A model generated the notes under the pieces. It had not been told where the DNA came from, did not search any database, and saw nothing but the letters and a program-made list of their open reading frames with translations. Source: an uncultured bacterium (GTDB lineage Bacteria; Patescibacteriota; Minisyncoccia; Phycocordibacterales; Phycocordibacteraceae). Taken from it: a stretch of DNA of 64,000 nucleotides. Below, in pieces: positions 1 through 9,564 of this stretch; positions within the stretch are counted from its first letter, which is position 1; each line of letters opens with the position of its first letter. The translations under genes were made by a program, and so were the position numbers. The stretch covers positions 159,943 to 223,942 of the forward strand of contig CAWKPH010000001.1 in the NCBI GenBank assembly GCA_963851445.1, written 5' to 3'.

Positions 1-646
1 TGGGGGCAGTTACTTTTATAGTAGCACTTGAAAGAGAACTGTACGTATTTACTCCACCTACTTTCGCAAAGATTGCAGTGCTTATGTCAGGCCTAAGGAA
101 GGTTATATTTAGGTCATCTAATGCTTCATTACCAGCATAGGGATAGTTGCTGCAAGCAAGAATGCCTTGGGCCGGTACACCACAGAAACTGAGAGTGAAG
201 GCGCCTGTAAGGGTATACGATTGGACGACCACATCTCCAGAGGACTCGTAGACACAATCGCCAGGGCGCTCTTCCGGATTACCAGTTTGCGTGTTCGTGT
301 GTCCCGGACAAGCGCCGCTTTGATCGTTCCCAGGCGCAGAGGGGTAGATATCTGCGAATTCTAGATAGGAATTATTGTCGGCTTCGAAATGAAGTCCGTA
401 TCCTGTATCGTAGGTCGCGGGAAGAGTTGCACTTGAAAGTCCGTACGACTGCGCATCACGTAGCGAAAGTCCGATAGAATAGGCGGCATTCGTGAGAAGG
501 AGTGTGTCATTAAAGGTTGATTCTGTCACAATTGTACCGATGAGTAAAATTCCTATGATCGCAAGCACTACAATCATTTCAAGGAGTGTGTAACCCCGTA
601 GTGCAGGTCTGGTTGTATTTTTTTTTAGAAAGGAAAAATATTCCAT
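1..646 (-). CDS. Minor type IV pilin / prepilin N-terminal cleavage-methylation domain protein (runs off the window edge)
   Basis: Not in the ORF track. Manual translation from ATG at 646 gives MEYFSFLKKNTTRPALRG|YTLLEMIVVLAIIGILLIG, a class III signal with E5; overlaps the end of pilD. Confidence 0.85.
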   Translation of the reverse strand, partial: MEYFSFLKKNTTRPALRGYTLLEMIVVLAIIGILLIGTIVTESTFNDTLLLTNAAYSIGLSLRDAQSYGLSSATLPATYDTGYGLHFEADNNSYLEFADIYPSAPGNDQSGACPGHTNTQTGNPEERPGDCVYESSGDVVVQSYTLTGAFTLSFCGVPAQGILACSNYPYAGNEALDDLNITFLRPDISTAIFAKVGGVNTYSSLSSATIKVTAP

Positions 647-1374
647 CCGGTAAATAGGGCGAGAAGGAACCCTGCGGCAAGAAAAGGAACGAAGGGTATC
701 TCACTTTGCATTGTAGTGCCGTTTCGCCCCAACACCAAGAGCGTTATCCCGTAAATTGCGCCGATCCAGAAGGAGAAAACGAGGCCGGTGAGAGCAACCG
801 GTCCTGCAAGGAGAGCCCCCGCAAACGCAACCGGTGCGTCTCCCAGGCCCATCGCGCGTCCGCGCGACAAGAAATAGATAAGGTAGAATGCGATGCCAAT
901 AAAAGCAGCAATTATAATCTCGACTCCGAGAACTTTCAGCGTTGGAGCCTTAAGAAACGCGTAGAGAAGGGCAAGAACCACGAAGATGCTCGTTGCTATG
1001 GGGGGGACGATGGTATGCCGAATATCGTAGACTACAATGAGCATAAGGACGACCAGCGATGCAAGAAAAAATGCCAAGGAAAGGCTAGCTCCTAAGATCA
1101 AAAACGAAACTGCAAAGCTCAGTCCAAGCGCTATCTCGACCCACAGGTACGTTATGGGAATGCGCGAACGGCACGTCCGACATTTTCCGCCTGTACTCAC
1201 CCATGACAGTATTGGCAAAAGATCAAAAAAACCAAGGGGCCGGGCACAGGAATTACAACGTGAACGGCCTTGAAGCCACGATTGATGGGTATAGATGCGC
1301 TCTGCAACGACGCAAATGAAACTACCCAGAACTGCACCGAGAATGAAAAAAAATAGAGCGAGTGTAAATGTCAT
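625..1374 (-). CDS. pilD: Prepilin peptidase (A24)
   Basis: GSF motif, two CxxC pairs (RSRCNSC, GKCRTC), YD and MGLGD aspartate motifs, C-terminal IPFVPFL. Start moved to ATG 1374, 6 nt after TATACT. Confidence 0.93.
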   Translation of the reverse strand: MTFTLALFFFILGAVLGSFICVVAERIYTHQSWLQGRSRCNSCARPLGFFDLLPILSWVSTGGKCRTCRSRIPITYLWVEIALGLSFAVSFLILGASLSLAFFLASLVVLMLIVVYDIRHTIVPPIATSIFVVLALLYAFLKAPTLKVLGVEIIIAAFIGIAFYLIYFLSRGRAMGLGDAPVAFAGALLAGPVALTGLVFSFWIGAIYGITLLVLGRNGTTMQSEIPFVPFLAAGFLLALFTGWNIFPF

Positions 1375-1438
1375 AAGCTCAGTATAACTCTCTATAATTC
1401 TTATACTTCGGGGATTGTTGAGTGAGGCTCTAACAAAG

Positions 1439-1459
1439 AAAAAGCCCCGAAGGGCTTTT
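1439..1459. terminator. Intrinsic terminator after the pilin gene
   Basis: AAAAGCCC-cgaa-GGGCTTTT hairpin with A/T tails. Confidence 0.7.
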
Positions 1460-1485
1460 CCCAAAGAATCTCACTATGCTGACTA

Positions 1486-2061
1486 CTAACAGTTAGTTGT
1501 AGAAATAACGGTAGATTCAACCTGTTGTTTCCCTGTGGAGTCTACACAGAAGTAACCAGCGCCAGGAGTCGTAAGAGCTGCTTCGACCGCCCACGCACTA
1601 GAAGTAATGTCATAAGTGAGACCTCCTCCAGAATAACCTGCGGCCTGGTTCAAAGCATTTGCTGCTGTTTGGTCGGCATTTGCTAATCCTGCTCCAGAGG
1701 CAGCGCACCAGAGACCAACGCCACTTTGCCCACCCGTTCCAGTACCTTGTGGGAAAGAAGTTACTGCTGCGGAGCCGCCACCAACAAGTCCACTTCCAGC
1801 CTTGGTACACCCAGCGCCAGTGGTTTGATTCACATAGTTACTGCTGTCGCCATCATAATCGAGAGCTGCTTCTGTGGAGACCGTTGTAAGGTCAGACTTG
1901 ATATTTGCGTCAACGCCTTTCGAACGCGCAGTGTTAAGCGCAGCCAAGATGACTGCTGACAAGATGCCAATAATTGCGATCACAACGAGGAGTTCGATGA
2001 GGGTAAAACCCGCAAGGTGCCCTTTGCGTTGAGCGCGAGCGAGAGAAGATGCTTGTATCAT
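1486..2061 (-). CDS. Type IV pilin, probably the major pilin
   Basis: G|FTLIELLVVIAIIGILSAVILAALNTARSKG; C-terminal YFCVDSTG...C; followed by its own terminator. Confidence 0.9.
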   Translation of the reverse strand: MIQASSLARAQRKGHLAGFTLIELLVVIAIIGILSAVILAALNTARSKGVDANIKSDLTTVSTEAALDYDGDSSNYVNQTTGAGCTKAGSGLVGGGSAAVTSFPQGTGTGGQSGVGLWCAASGAGLANADQTAANALNQAAGYSGGGLTYDITSSAWAVEAALTTPGAGYFCVDSTGKQQVESTVISTTNC

Positions 2062-2189
2062 ACTTTAAAGTATTAGTGTAAGGCTATGCGGGTTATGAGT
2101 AATATCCGCTCCCTTCATTGTACTTAACTCTAAATATAATGTGAGGAACCTCTGTGGATAACACGAATAAAGTTAGAATCTGAATTCTC

Positions 2190-3396
2190 CTAACTAATAG
2201 CTCCTGCAAGATCGTAGATAGGAATGAGCACGGCTGCCACGAGTGTCCCAACGCCAAGGCCGAGGAATACAATCATGAGTGGCTCGATAAGATCGACCAG
2301 CGTATCAATTGCGGTAGACACTTCACGTCGATAAAATTTCGCGAGTGTGTTCAAAATGTTACCAAGTTCTCCTGTCTCCTCACCCACTTTGATCATTGCA
2401 ATCATAATACCCGGAATCTCGGCGTGACTGCGCCAGTGCATCAGATATGATGAACCGCCTTTAACCGAATCGCTCACATCATGCATGATCGTTTCATAGA
2501 TACTACTTCCTATAATCGGGCAGTAATATCAACCATTTCAATGACTGGGACGCCTGAGGAAAGCATCGTCGAGAAGTTGTCAGCGATACGCGAAAGATAA
2601 AGTTTCTTGATAGAGATCCCCAACGTACGGAATGGAGAGTTTGAGGCCATCGAAATAGAGTCTGCCCGACCCCGTCTGAAGTGCGCGATATACGAAAAAC
2701 CCAGCGATTGCAATCCCAATGAGAATAAAAATACCGAAGTGAAGATTATGTTGGATAGATCAATGACAATTTGCGTATACAGAGGCACTGCCGTTCCAGA
2801 ATCGATCAGGATTGCTGTTATTTTTGGAATGACAAGCGTGAGCATGAGAGTCATAACGACAATAAACACAACGACAACAAACGCAGGGTAGATAAGAGCA
2901 TTCTGTGCTTTGCTCATAACTCATACGTACGATCAAGGTAGTCGGCGAGGTAGCCGAATGTGTCAGAAAGCTTTCCCGACTCCTCCCCCGATCGAACCAT
3001 GTTGACGTAAAAAATAGAGAACGCCTTGGGGTGACGCGCCATAGCTTTTGAGATCGGACTTCCCCCCTGAAGATCATCTGCCACCTGCGTGAGTATTTCT
3101 GCGAAATACTTATTATCTACCTCCGAAGCGATGAGCCTGAATACACGAAGCGCAGACACCTGGGCCTCAAACAAAGTTGCAATTTGGCGTGAGACGATGA
3201 CGATTTCCTTATTGCTGACGTGCTTGAACAAGCCAATATCCATCGAGAGAAGAGATTTCTTCGCGAGCGGTTCGATGGAAGATACAATGAGGTTTCGGCG
3301 CTGAAGCGTTGCGACGGCTATATCCATCGACAAAGCCTCAATCGTGCCTTGGCGCTCGTGCCCATCCTTATCGAGTGAGTGGTAGGTAAAGAGCAT
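2190..3396 (-). CDS. pilC: Type IV pilus platform protein PilC/GspF, split by several frameshifts (probably sequence error)
   Basis: Consecutive ORFs 2914-3396, 2510-2917 and 2190-2486 carry successive T2SSF motifs (SRQIATL, VRSGEESGKL, ALIYP, VGEETGEL, LIEP). Confidence 0.88.
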
Positions 3397-3407
3397 AGAA
3401 AATTATA

Positions 3408-4472
3408 TTACAGGTAGCGCTCGAACGTCTTAGGATCAAGCGCATGCTCATAGGCATGGTCTATCGTCACTTCCCCTTTTCGTACGAGTTCAGCAAGAGA
3501 GCGGTCCATATCGATCATCCCATCTTGTGAGCTTGTCTGAATAACGGTTGCGATCTCCTGTATGCGCGCATCGCGAATAAGATTTGCAACCGCGGCGTTG
3601 TTTATGAGAAGTTCGTATGCAGGAACAAGTCCGCCTTGGATACGTGGGACAAGACGCTGGGAGAAAATACCAATCAAAGACCCTGCAAGCTGAACGCGCA
3701 CCTGATCTTGCTGTTCTGCTGGGAACATATCGATAATACGATCGATCGTCTGTGCAGCATTATTGGTATGCAAGGTTGAAAACACGAGGTGTCCGGTCTC
3801 GGCAGCGGTGACCGCTGAGGAAATAGTTTCTAGGTTGCGCATCTCTCCGACAAGGATGACATTCACATCCTCACGCAGTGATGCTTGAAGCGCGATGCCA
3901 AAATCGGGTGTATCAATGTGCACTTCACGCTGATGGATGAGTGATTTTTTTTGCTCATAGAGATATTCAACGGGATCCTCTATGGTAATGATATGCTCGG
4001 CGCGTGTCTCGTTGATGCGATCCACCATAGCGGCAAGCGTCGTCGACTTCCCTTGTCCTACGGGACCCACAACGAGAAAGAACCCCTGGGTGCGCTGGGT
4101 GAATACTTCGAGTATTGGTGGCAAATTGAGTGCTGCAAAACCCCGAATCTCTTTTGGAATGAGACGCAGCGCGAGCGCTACACTTCCTTGTACGATGTAT
4201 CCATTCACCCGAAAACGCACGCCGCCGTATGCATATGAAAAGTCTACTGATTGATTCTCCGCAAAGACGGGCCACCTATTTTCAGGAAGAATACTCCGTA
4301 GCATCTGCTCGGTCTGCGCGGGGGTGAGTGGCTGTTGCTGAAGAAGCGGCACAAGTGCGCCAGATACACGAATAATCGGCGGCGATCCTGCTGAAATATG
4401 TATATCCGAACCTCCTTCTCTGATTACGACATCAAGAAGCGCGTCAATACCTGCATGGGATGCGTCACTCAT
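3408..4472 (-). CDS. pilT: Type IV pilus retraction ATPase
   Basis: GSDIH, Walker A GPVGQGKST, TIEDPVE, LRED, ILVGEMR, AAETGHLVFSTLHTN. Confidence 0.95.
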   Translation of the reverse strand: MSDASHAGIDALLDVVIREGGSDIHISAGSPPIIRVSGALVPLLQQQPLTPAQTEQMLRSILPENRWPVFAENQSVDFSYAYGGVRFRVNGYIVQGSVALALRLIPKEIRGFAALNLPPILEVFTQRTQGFFLVVGPVGQGKSTTLAAMVDRINETRAEHIITIEDPVEYLYEQKKSLIHQREVHIDTPDFGIALQASLREDVNVILVGEMRNLETISSAVTAAETGHLVFSTLHTNNAAQTIDRIIDMFPAEQQDQVRVQLAGSLIGIFSQRLVPRIQGGLVPAYELLINNAAVANLIRDARIQEIATVIQTSSQDGMIDMDRSLAELVRKGEVTIDHAYEHALDPKTFERYL

Positions 4473-4852
4473 ACCGGTTGCTCAATTATCTTTATTGTTT
4501 CAGCATATACCTCCGAAGGTATGGCAGAAGCTTTAATAATATATCCCTTGGCGCCGAGCGCTTTCGCGCGCTCTATATCCGATTCTTGACCTTGGTTTGA
4601 AAGGACAATTTTCTTCATGAGGGGCGCAATATTCTCATTGTGAATTGCCTCAAGCACCTGGAACCCATCGATCTCCGGCATCACAATGTCGAGAAGGAGC
4701 GCGTCGGGTATCTTACCACTCCGCAGTGCGTCAAGAAGCTCACGTCCATTTTGAAATGCCGTAACCTCATGCCCCGCATTTTTGAATTTGACCGCGTACA
4801 TATCAAGCAAGAACCGGTCATCATCAGTAATAAAAATTTTGTAGGTAGCCAT
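4469..4852 (-). CDS. Single-domain response regulator (CheY-like receiver)
   Basis: TDDD acidic pocket, LLDIVMP phosphoacceptor, GAKGYIIK. Confidence 0.9.
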   Translation of the reverse strand: MATYKIFITDDDRFLLDMYAVKFKNAGHEVTAFQNGRELLDALRSGKIPDALLLDIVMPEIDGFQVLEAIHNENIAPLMKKIVLSNQGQESDIERAKALGAKGYIIKASAIPSEVYAETIKIIEQPV

Positions 4853-4856
4853 ACGG

Positions 4857-6602
4857 TTACTTGACCGGTGCGTCCTGATCAATGAGCAAATCGCCGCCGA
4901 GCGAATTTACTTCCTCGAAGGGAATCTCTCCGGCAAGTGCTTTTATGATAGCATCCTCGCGCATTGTAAACATACCTTTTGCACGGGCAGCCTCATAGAT
5001 CTTCTCTTCGACCGGACTCGTGAGTACGGCATGCTCGAGATCCTTATCCATGCGCATGATTTCGAAGACCGCCAAGCGCCCACGGGTACCATTCGGGCAG
5101 TCAGGCGTTGATTTGGCTTCATAGATATGCTCAAACTTTGGTATTTTCGCGCGATATTGAAGTGGCAAGTCCGCAAACTCTTCGTTCAAAATACCCTGGA
5201 TGCTTTCTGAAATTGGTATGGGGTTCCCCGCTCCTGGACAGAGCTTACGTACCAGACGCTGGCCCATAGCAGCAATCAAGGTTGGGGCGATAAGGTACGG
5301 ATCTACACCCATATCAACGAGACGTGGTATAACACCTGCCGCGGTGTTGGTGTGAATTGTCGAGAATACAAGGTGGCCCGTGAGCGCAGCCTGTATGGCA
5401 AGCGACGCGGTCTCATTATCTCGAATCTCTCCGACCATGATTACATCGGGGTCCTGACGAAGTATCGAGCGAAGTCCCGAGGCAAAGGTGTAGCCAATTT
5501 CTGGCCGTACTTGGGATTGCGAAACACCAGGGATTTCGTACTCAACTGGATCTTCGACCGATACGACATTTTGAGAATCACGATCGAGTTCCGAAAGCAT
5601 GGAAAAAAGTGTCGTTGATTTTCCAGAGCCTGTAGGTCCAGAAATAAGGATGATCCCATATGGAGCTCGTATAATGTCTCGGACCTGAGCGATATTTTCG
5701 GCAGAGAGACCGAGCGAATCGAGGTTTGTGACTGATTTTGCACTATCAAGAATACGCATTACAACTTTTTCACCGTATTGGGTCGGGAAAGTCGAAACGC
5801 GAAAATCAATACGTCGCCCTTCGACCGTTGCTGAAAATCGTCCATCCTGAGGTTTACGGCGCTCATCGAGTCGCAATTGCGCAAGAATCTTGATGCGCGC
5901 AACAACTGCTGCATGAACTTTTAATGGCAGTTCAAGTGACGTATGAAGTTCTCCATCCATACGAAACCGCACCTGTACTTTCTCTGGAGTTGCCTCGACA
6001 TGAATATCCGAGGCTCCCCCTTCGACCGCATACCGTAGTATGGTGGCAACAATCTTCGTGACCGGCGCATCGGCCTTGATTGTACGCTCGACCGAAATTT
6101 CATCGTCTTTATCCTTTTTTTCGTCGGCATGAACAGTTTCGTTAAATTCTGAAAGCGCTTCATCCACTTCTCCCGTAAGGGAGGCATACTCCTCAACCAC
6201 GTGCGCAAAATCCTCTTGGCTTACCAGAAAGAGTTTGTAGGGGATACCGATTTTTGCTGAAATGAACTGGAGCGCATCAAGTGCTTCAATATTGTCAGGA
6301 TCAACAATACCTACTTCGAGTGCCCCACTCTCTACACTAAGCGGTATGATCTTATAATGTTCAGCCGATTCTTGGGGTATATACGCAAGCACGTCATGCG
6401 CAACAGGGTCAATTGCGGGCAACTTGCGAATCGGTATGTTATAGCGTTCGCTTTCAGCAGAAAGTATGGCGTCCGAAGAAATTCCATGCTTCTCGAGCAC
6501 GGCCGTTATCGGAATACCCGAAGCGCGTGCTTCTTCAGTGAATGCACTTTTATCCTCGGGCTTTATAACTCCCTTATCGCTGAGAAGTGCAACGAGATCC
6601 AT
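4857..6602 (-). CDS. pilB: Type IV pilus assembly ATPase PilB/GspE
   Basis: GASDIH, RKPQDGR, GPTGSGKST, EDPVEY, LRQDPD, AALTGHLVFSTIH. Confidence 0.95.
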   Translation of the reverse strand: MDLVALLSDKGVIKPEDKSAFTEEARASGIPITAVLEKHGISSDAILSAESERYNIPIRKLPAIDPVAHDVLAYIPQESAEHYKIIPLSVESGALEVGIVDPDNIEALDALQFISAKIGIPYKLFLVSQEDFAHVVEEYASLTGEVDEALSEFNETVHADEKKDKDDEISVERTIKADAPVTKIVATILRYAVEGGASDIHVEATPEKVQVRFRMDGELHTSLELPLKVHAAVVARIKILAQLRLDERRKPQDGRFSATVEGRRIDFRVSTFPTQYGEKVVMRILDSAKSVTNLDSLGLSAENIAQVRDIIRAPYGIILISGPTGSGKSTTLFSMLSELDRDSQNVVSVEDPVEYEIPGVSQSQVRPEIGYTFASGLRSILRQDPDVIMVGEIRDNETASLAIQAALTGHLVFSTIHTNTAAGVIPRLVDMGVDPYLIAPTLIAAMGQRLVRKLCPGAGNPIPISESIQGILNEEFADLPLQYRAKIPKFEHIYEAKSTPDCPNGTRGRLAVFEIMRMDKDLEHAVLTSPVEEKIYEAARAKGMFTMREDAIIKALAGEIPFEEVNSLGGDLLIDQDAPVK

Positions 6603-6637
6603 TCATTTGAGTATAGCGCGTTAATTTCCCCCGGTAC

Positions 6638-6934
6638 CTAAATTGGTGCAAAAGGATCCGTGCGTCCAGTCGCTTCAGGTAATATCGGTGTGTGAATATC
6701 GATGAGAGAGGTAAAGCGAGGGTCGGTGAGGATAGCGGTCACGCTCGGATCGAACGATATCGGTTGAAGTTCCTGAGTGAGCGCAATAAAGGTGGCTTCA
6801 TCGGCACTTGAGGGAGCTGCAGTAGCAGAGACTGCGGTAGATTGATTGTTATTATTGAAAAACAGGAAGTACCCGCCGATGAGAACGACGATGACAAGAC
6901 CTATAGCAAAGATGATTTGGGTTTGTTTAGACAT
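6638..6934 (-). CDS. Small membrane-anchored pilus accessory protein (PilP position)
   Basis: N-terminal TM, C-terminal GRTDPF motif, located after pilO. Confidence 0.6.
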   Translation of the reverse strand: MSKQTQIIFAIGLVIVVLIGGYFLFFNNNNQSTAVSATAAPSSADEATFIALTQELQPISFDPSVTAILTDPRFTSLIDIHTPILPEATGRTDPFAPI

Positions 6935-6938
6935 ACGT

Positions 6939-7505
6939 TTACTGTAGCCAGTAGATCTGGAAGGTTACGTTATAGGTATACACACCATTTGGGGCTGATT
7001 GAACCGATAGATTCACAACATCAAGCGGGCGCAGACTTTGCTCAGCAGCCATAAGGAAGGTTTTGAAAGCAGCATAGGTACCTGTTGCCGTTACAGAAAG
7101 ATTGAGCGATTGGACTTGGTCAGACGGCGCGCCTGAGGTAACGGTTCCGGAATCGCTGGAACCAGCACCTTGGCTCGAGGTAGTATTATCCGAAATACTA
7201 AAGTTAGAGAGTGATATCCCAGTTCGTGCAGCTAGCGAATTAAGATCTAAAAGAAGCTGTATGTTGTCGACACCATCGGGGAGAAATTCCTCAAGACGAC
7301 TGATGCTCGTTGGAGGAATCTGATTCACTTCAGCAGTTAATTGGTTTTCTTTAGCGGTAAATGCCGCTGCAGCGGTAAGTGCTTGATTGTCCGTATTTAT
7401 ATTTTTTTGCGCTTCAACAATTTGAGTGTTGTAGGTCGGACCAATATAGGCGAAGTAAAGCCCTACCGCTAGTAACACCGAAAAAATTGGAAATATTCTA
7501 CTCAT
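6939..7505 (-). CDS. pilO: PilO-like pilus assembly protein
   Basis: N-terminal TM, coiled coil, FLPD, GTYAAFKTFL; pilM-N-O synteny. Confidence 0.75.
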   Translation of the reverse strand: MSRIFPIFSVLLAVGLYFAYIGPTYNTQIVEAQKNINTDNQALTAAAAFTAKENQLTAEVNQIPPTSISRLEEFLPDGVDNIQLLLDLNSLAARTGISLSNFSISDNTTSSQGAGSSDSGTVTSGAPSDQVQSLNLSVTATGTYAAFKTFLMAAEQSLRPLDVVNLSVQSAPNGVYTYNVTFQIYWLQ

Positions 7506-8182
7506 GGCGTTGTGGAGCTTACACTAGCAGTCGATGGCGCCGTTTCGGAAGGAAAACTTGGTGCGGTAGAGGATGCCGCAGGGAGCGTTGATTGTGTAGT
7601 TGGTGCGCTGGCCTCGACAATGATGCTCGGATTAAGACTCGCACTTATGGTGAAATTGACAGTATTATCCTTATTTAGGGATATGCCCGAGAAAATGGCA
7701 CTCTGGATATTTGTCGTACTTGCAAACTCCTGTGATTCCACAGCTAGTGCGTTGAAATCCTGTGCTTTACCAGCCATATTAAGCGTGGCTGTTCGATCGG
7801 GAGCAACTTGGATAGTAAGCGAATTGAAATCGACATTCTGAAGTGTAATGCCTTCAAGCTCCGTCAGGAATTGTGACAGCTCTACGTGATTATTAAGAAT
7901 TGTTTCCGATTGAACCAATCGGTCCCGCAACCGAAGGAACTGATCGACGGTACTTTCTGTTATGGTATTTTCAGCGGTCGTGAGCTGCGCCTGTTTTGCC
8001 TTCTCTACAGATTGCAAATATTGGCCGTATAAAAAAACCCCGAGGCACGCGAGTAGTGCGCCGCCCGAAATGAGGCAGGATATCATAAAAACGATATTAT
8101 TTCCGCTCGAGCTAGGACGCCGGTTAGGAGCAACCGGTTGTTTTGGAACAAATGAGGTTGGTATGGTTGGGGAAAGAGCCAC
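7502..8182 (-). CDS. PilN-like pilus assembly protein
   Basis: TM plus coiled coil plus ferredoxin-like region between pilM and pilO; GTG start. Confidence 0.7.
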   Translation of the reverse strand: MALSPTIPTSFVPKQPVAPNRRPSSSGNNIVFMISCLISGGALLACLGVFLYGQYLQSVEKAKQAQLTTAENTITESTVDQFLRLRDRLVQSETILNNHVELSQFLTELEGITLQNVDFNSLTIQVAPDRTATLNMAGKAQDFNALAVESQEFASTTNIQSAIFSGISLNKDNTVNFTISASLNPSIIVEASAPTTQSTLPAASSTAPSFPSETAPSTASVSSTTP

Positions 8183-8242
8183 GAGGTAAGTATAGAGCTA
8201 TTTTATCCAGCATGCACCGGTTTATACACAGCAGAGACTTGT

Positions 8243-9328
8243 TTACCCAAGCTCTTCAAGTTTACGAAGTGCGAGTCCTACGGTAACGGCAAATTCTGGA
8301 CCGATTTCTTGTAGAACTGGGCGCATGAATGCGGGGGCTTGTACCTTCGCAAATGGATCAGCGACGGTAATATCGACTGAAAAAAATTCTCGCGCAAATG
8401 CATCGAGGTTCTTTGTTACCGCACCTCCACCGGTAAGCACGATATTCTTGACCTTCTTTCCATGCCCCAATTCATATTGCACAAGTGCGCGCTTCGTTTC
8501 TTCGAAAATACGCGAAAATACTATCTCAATTGTTTCGCGTTTGTAGACATCGGGCGTCACGGCGAAACCATACTGCTTCTTAAGAGTCTCAGCTTGATCT
8601 ATCGAAATATTTCCCACACTCGAAATATTGCGTGTGACATCCTGACCTCCCTGGGGAATGTTATGAGAAAGCGCGACAACTCCGCGTTCTACTACGTACA
8701 CCTTTGTTGCAGATGCTCCTATGTCGAGCACCATAATCGGATTCACAGGGTCATCGACAACCGAACGTATCGTACTAAATATTTCGATCTCATAGAAACT
8801 TGTCTGTAGGGCGGTTCCTGTCGTTACACTTTGTAAGAGCGTTAACTCGTCATTGTGGACAGCGACAATGAGCACTCTTACTTTCGGAGAAAGCTCCTTC
8901 CCTTCTGAAATAGGATCCGGCACGACAAACCAATCGAGTTGGACTTCAGTTACGGGAACAGGTATATATTTTCGTGCCTCGAGTTCAACAATTGTTTTTT
9001 GTTCCTCAGGTGTTTTCGCACGAGGTAATTCAACAAGCGTAAGAAGTGAGCGCGAGAACGGAATTGAAATACCGACCTCACTGCTTGTTACATTTGCTTC
9101 CCGAACAAGATCCTTGAGATTTTCAATAATCTTATCGGCAGGTAGATTCGTGGCCTGCCCTACCGCAAGACCTCCATACGGACCGAGTGCAAGTTCTCCA
9201 TAGGTTTCAAGAACTGCGGCTTGGTTTTCTTTACGCAGCTGTACGATCTTGAGAGAGGAGCTACCTATATCGAGACCAAGGACACTTTTTTCTTTCTTTG
9301 AACCGAAAAGATTTGAAAGAAAATTCAT
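8243..9328 (-). CDS. pilM: Type IV pilus assembly protein PilM
   Basis: GLDIGSSSLK, LDIGASAT, VLTGGG, VGLALR actin-like fold motifs. Confidence 0.95.
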   Translation of the reverse strand: MNFLSNLFGSKKEKSVLGLDIGSSSLKIVQLRKENQAAVLETYGELALGPYGGLAVGQATNLPADKIIENLKDLVREANVTSSEVGISIPFSRSLLTLVELPRAKTPEEQKTIVELEARKYIPVPVTEVQLDWFVVPDPISEGKELSPKVRVLIVAVHNDELTLLQSVTTGTALQTSFYEIEIFSTIRSVVDDPVNPIMVLDIGASATKVYVVERGVVALSHNIPQGGQDVTRNISSVGNISIDQAETLKKQYGFAVTPDVYKRETIEIVFSRIFEETKRALVQYELGHGKKVKNIVLTGGGAVTKNLDAFAREFFSVDITVADPFAKVQAPAFMRPVLQEIGPEFAVTVGLALRKLEELG

Positions 9329-9419
9329 GAGTGGATTGTAGCATGCAGAGATGAATCGCTTGACTCATCAAAAAGAAAAGTTGAGAAAAAAGGTCATAGG
9401 CTGTAGTTTATAGATACCT

Positions 9420-9510
9420 GGAGACGTGGCTGAGTGGTCGAAAGTACCTCACTGCTAACGAGGCAGGGGTTAATAGCCCCTCGAGGGTTCGAATCCCTCC
9501 GTCTCCGCCA
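9420..9510 (+). tRNA. tRNA-Ser(GCU)
   Basis: GGAGACG/CGTCTCC acceptor stem, G73, encoded CCA, anticodon loop CT-GCT-AA, long variable arm, GGTTCGAATCC T-arm. Confidence 0.95.
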
Positions 9511-9564
9511 ACTAGTATTTAACTCCTGAGATTCGGGGGGTACCTAGCAAAATCGTACAGCCAT

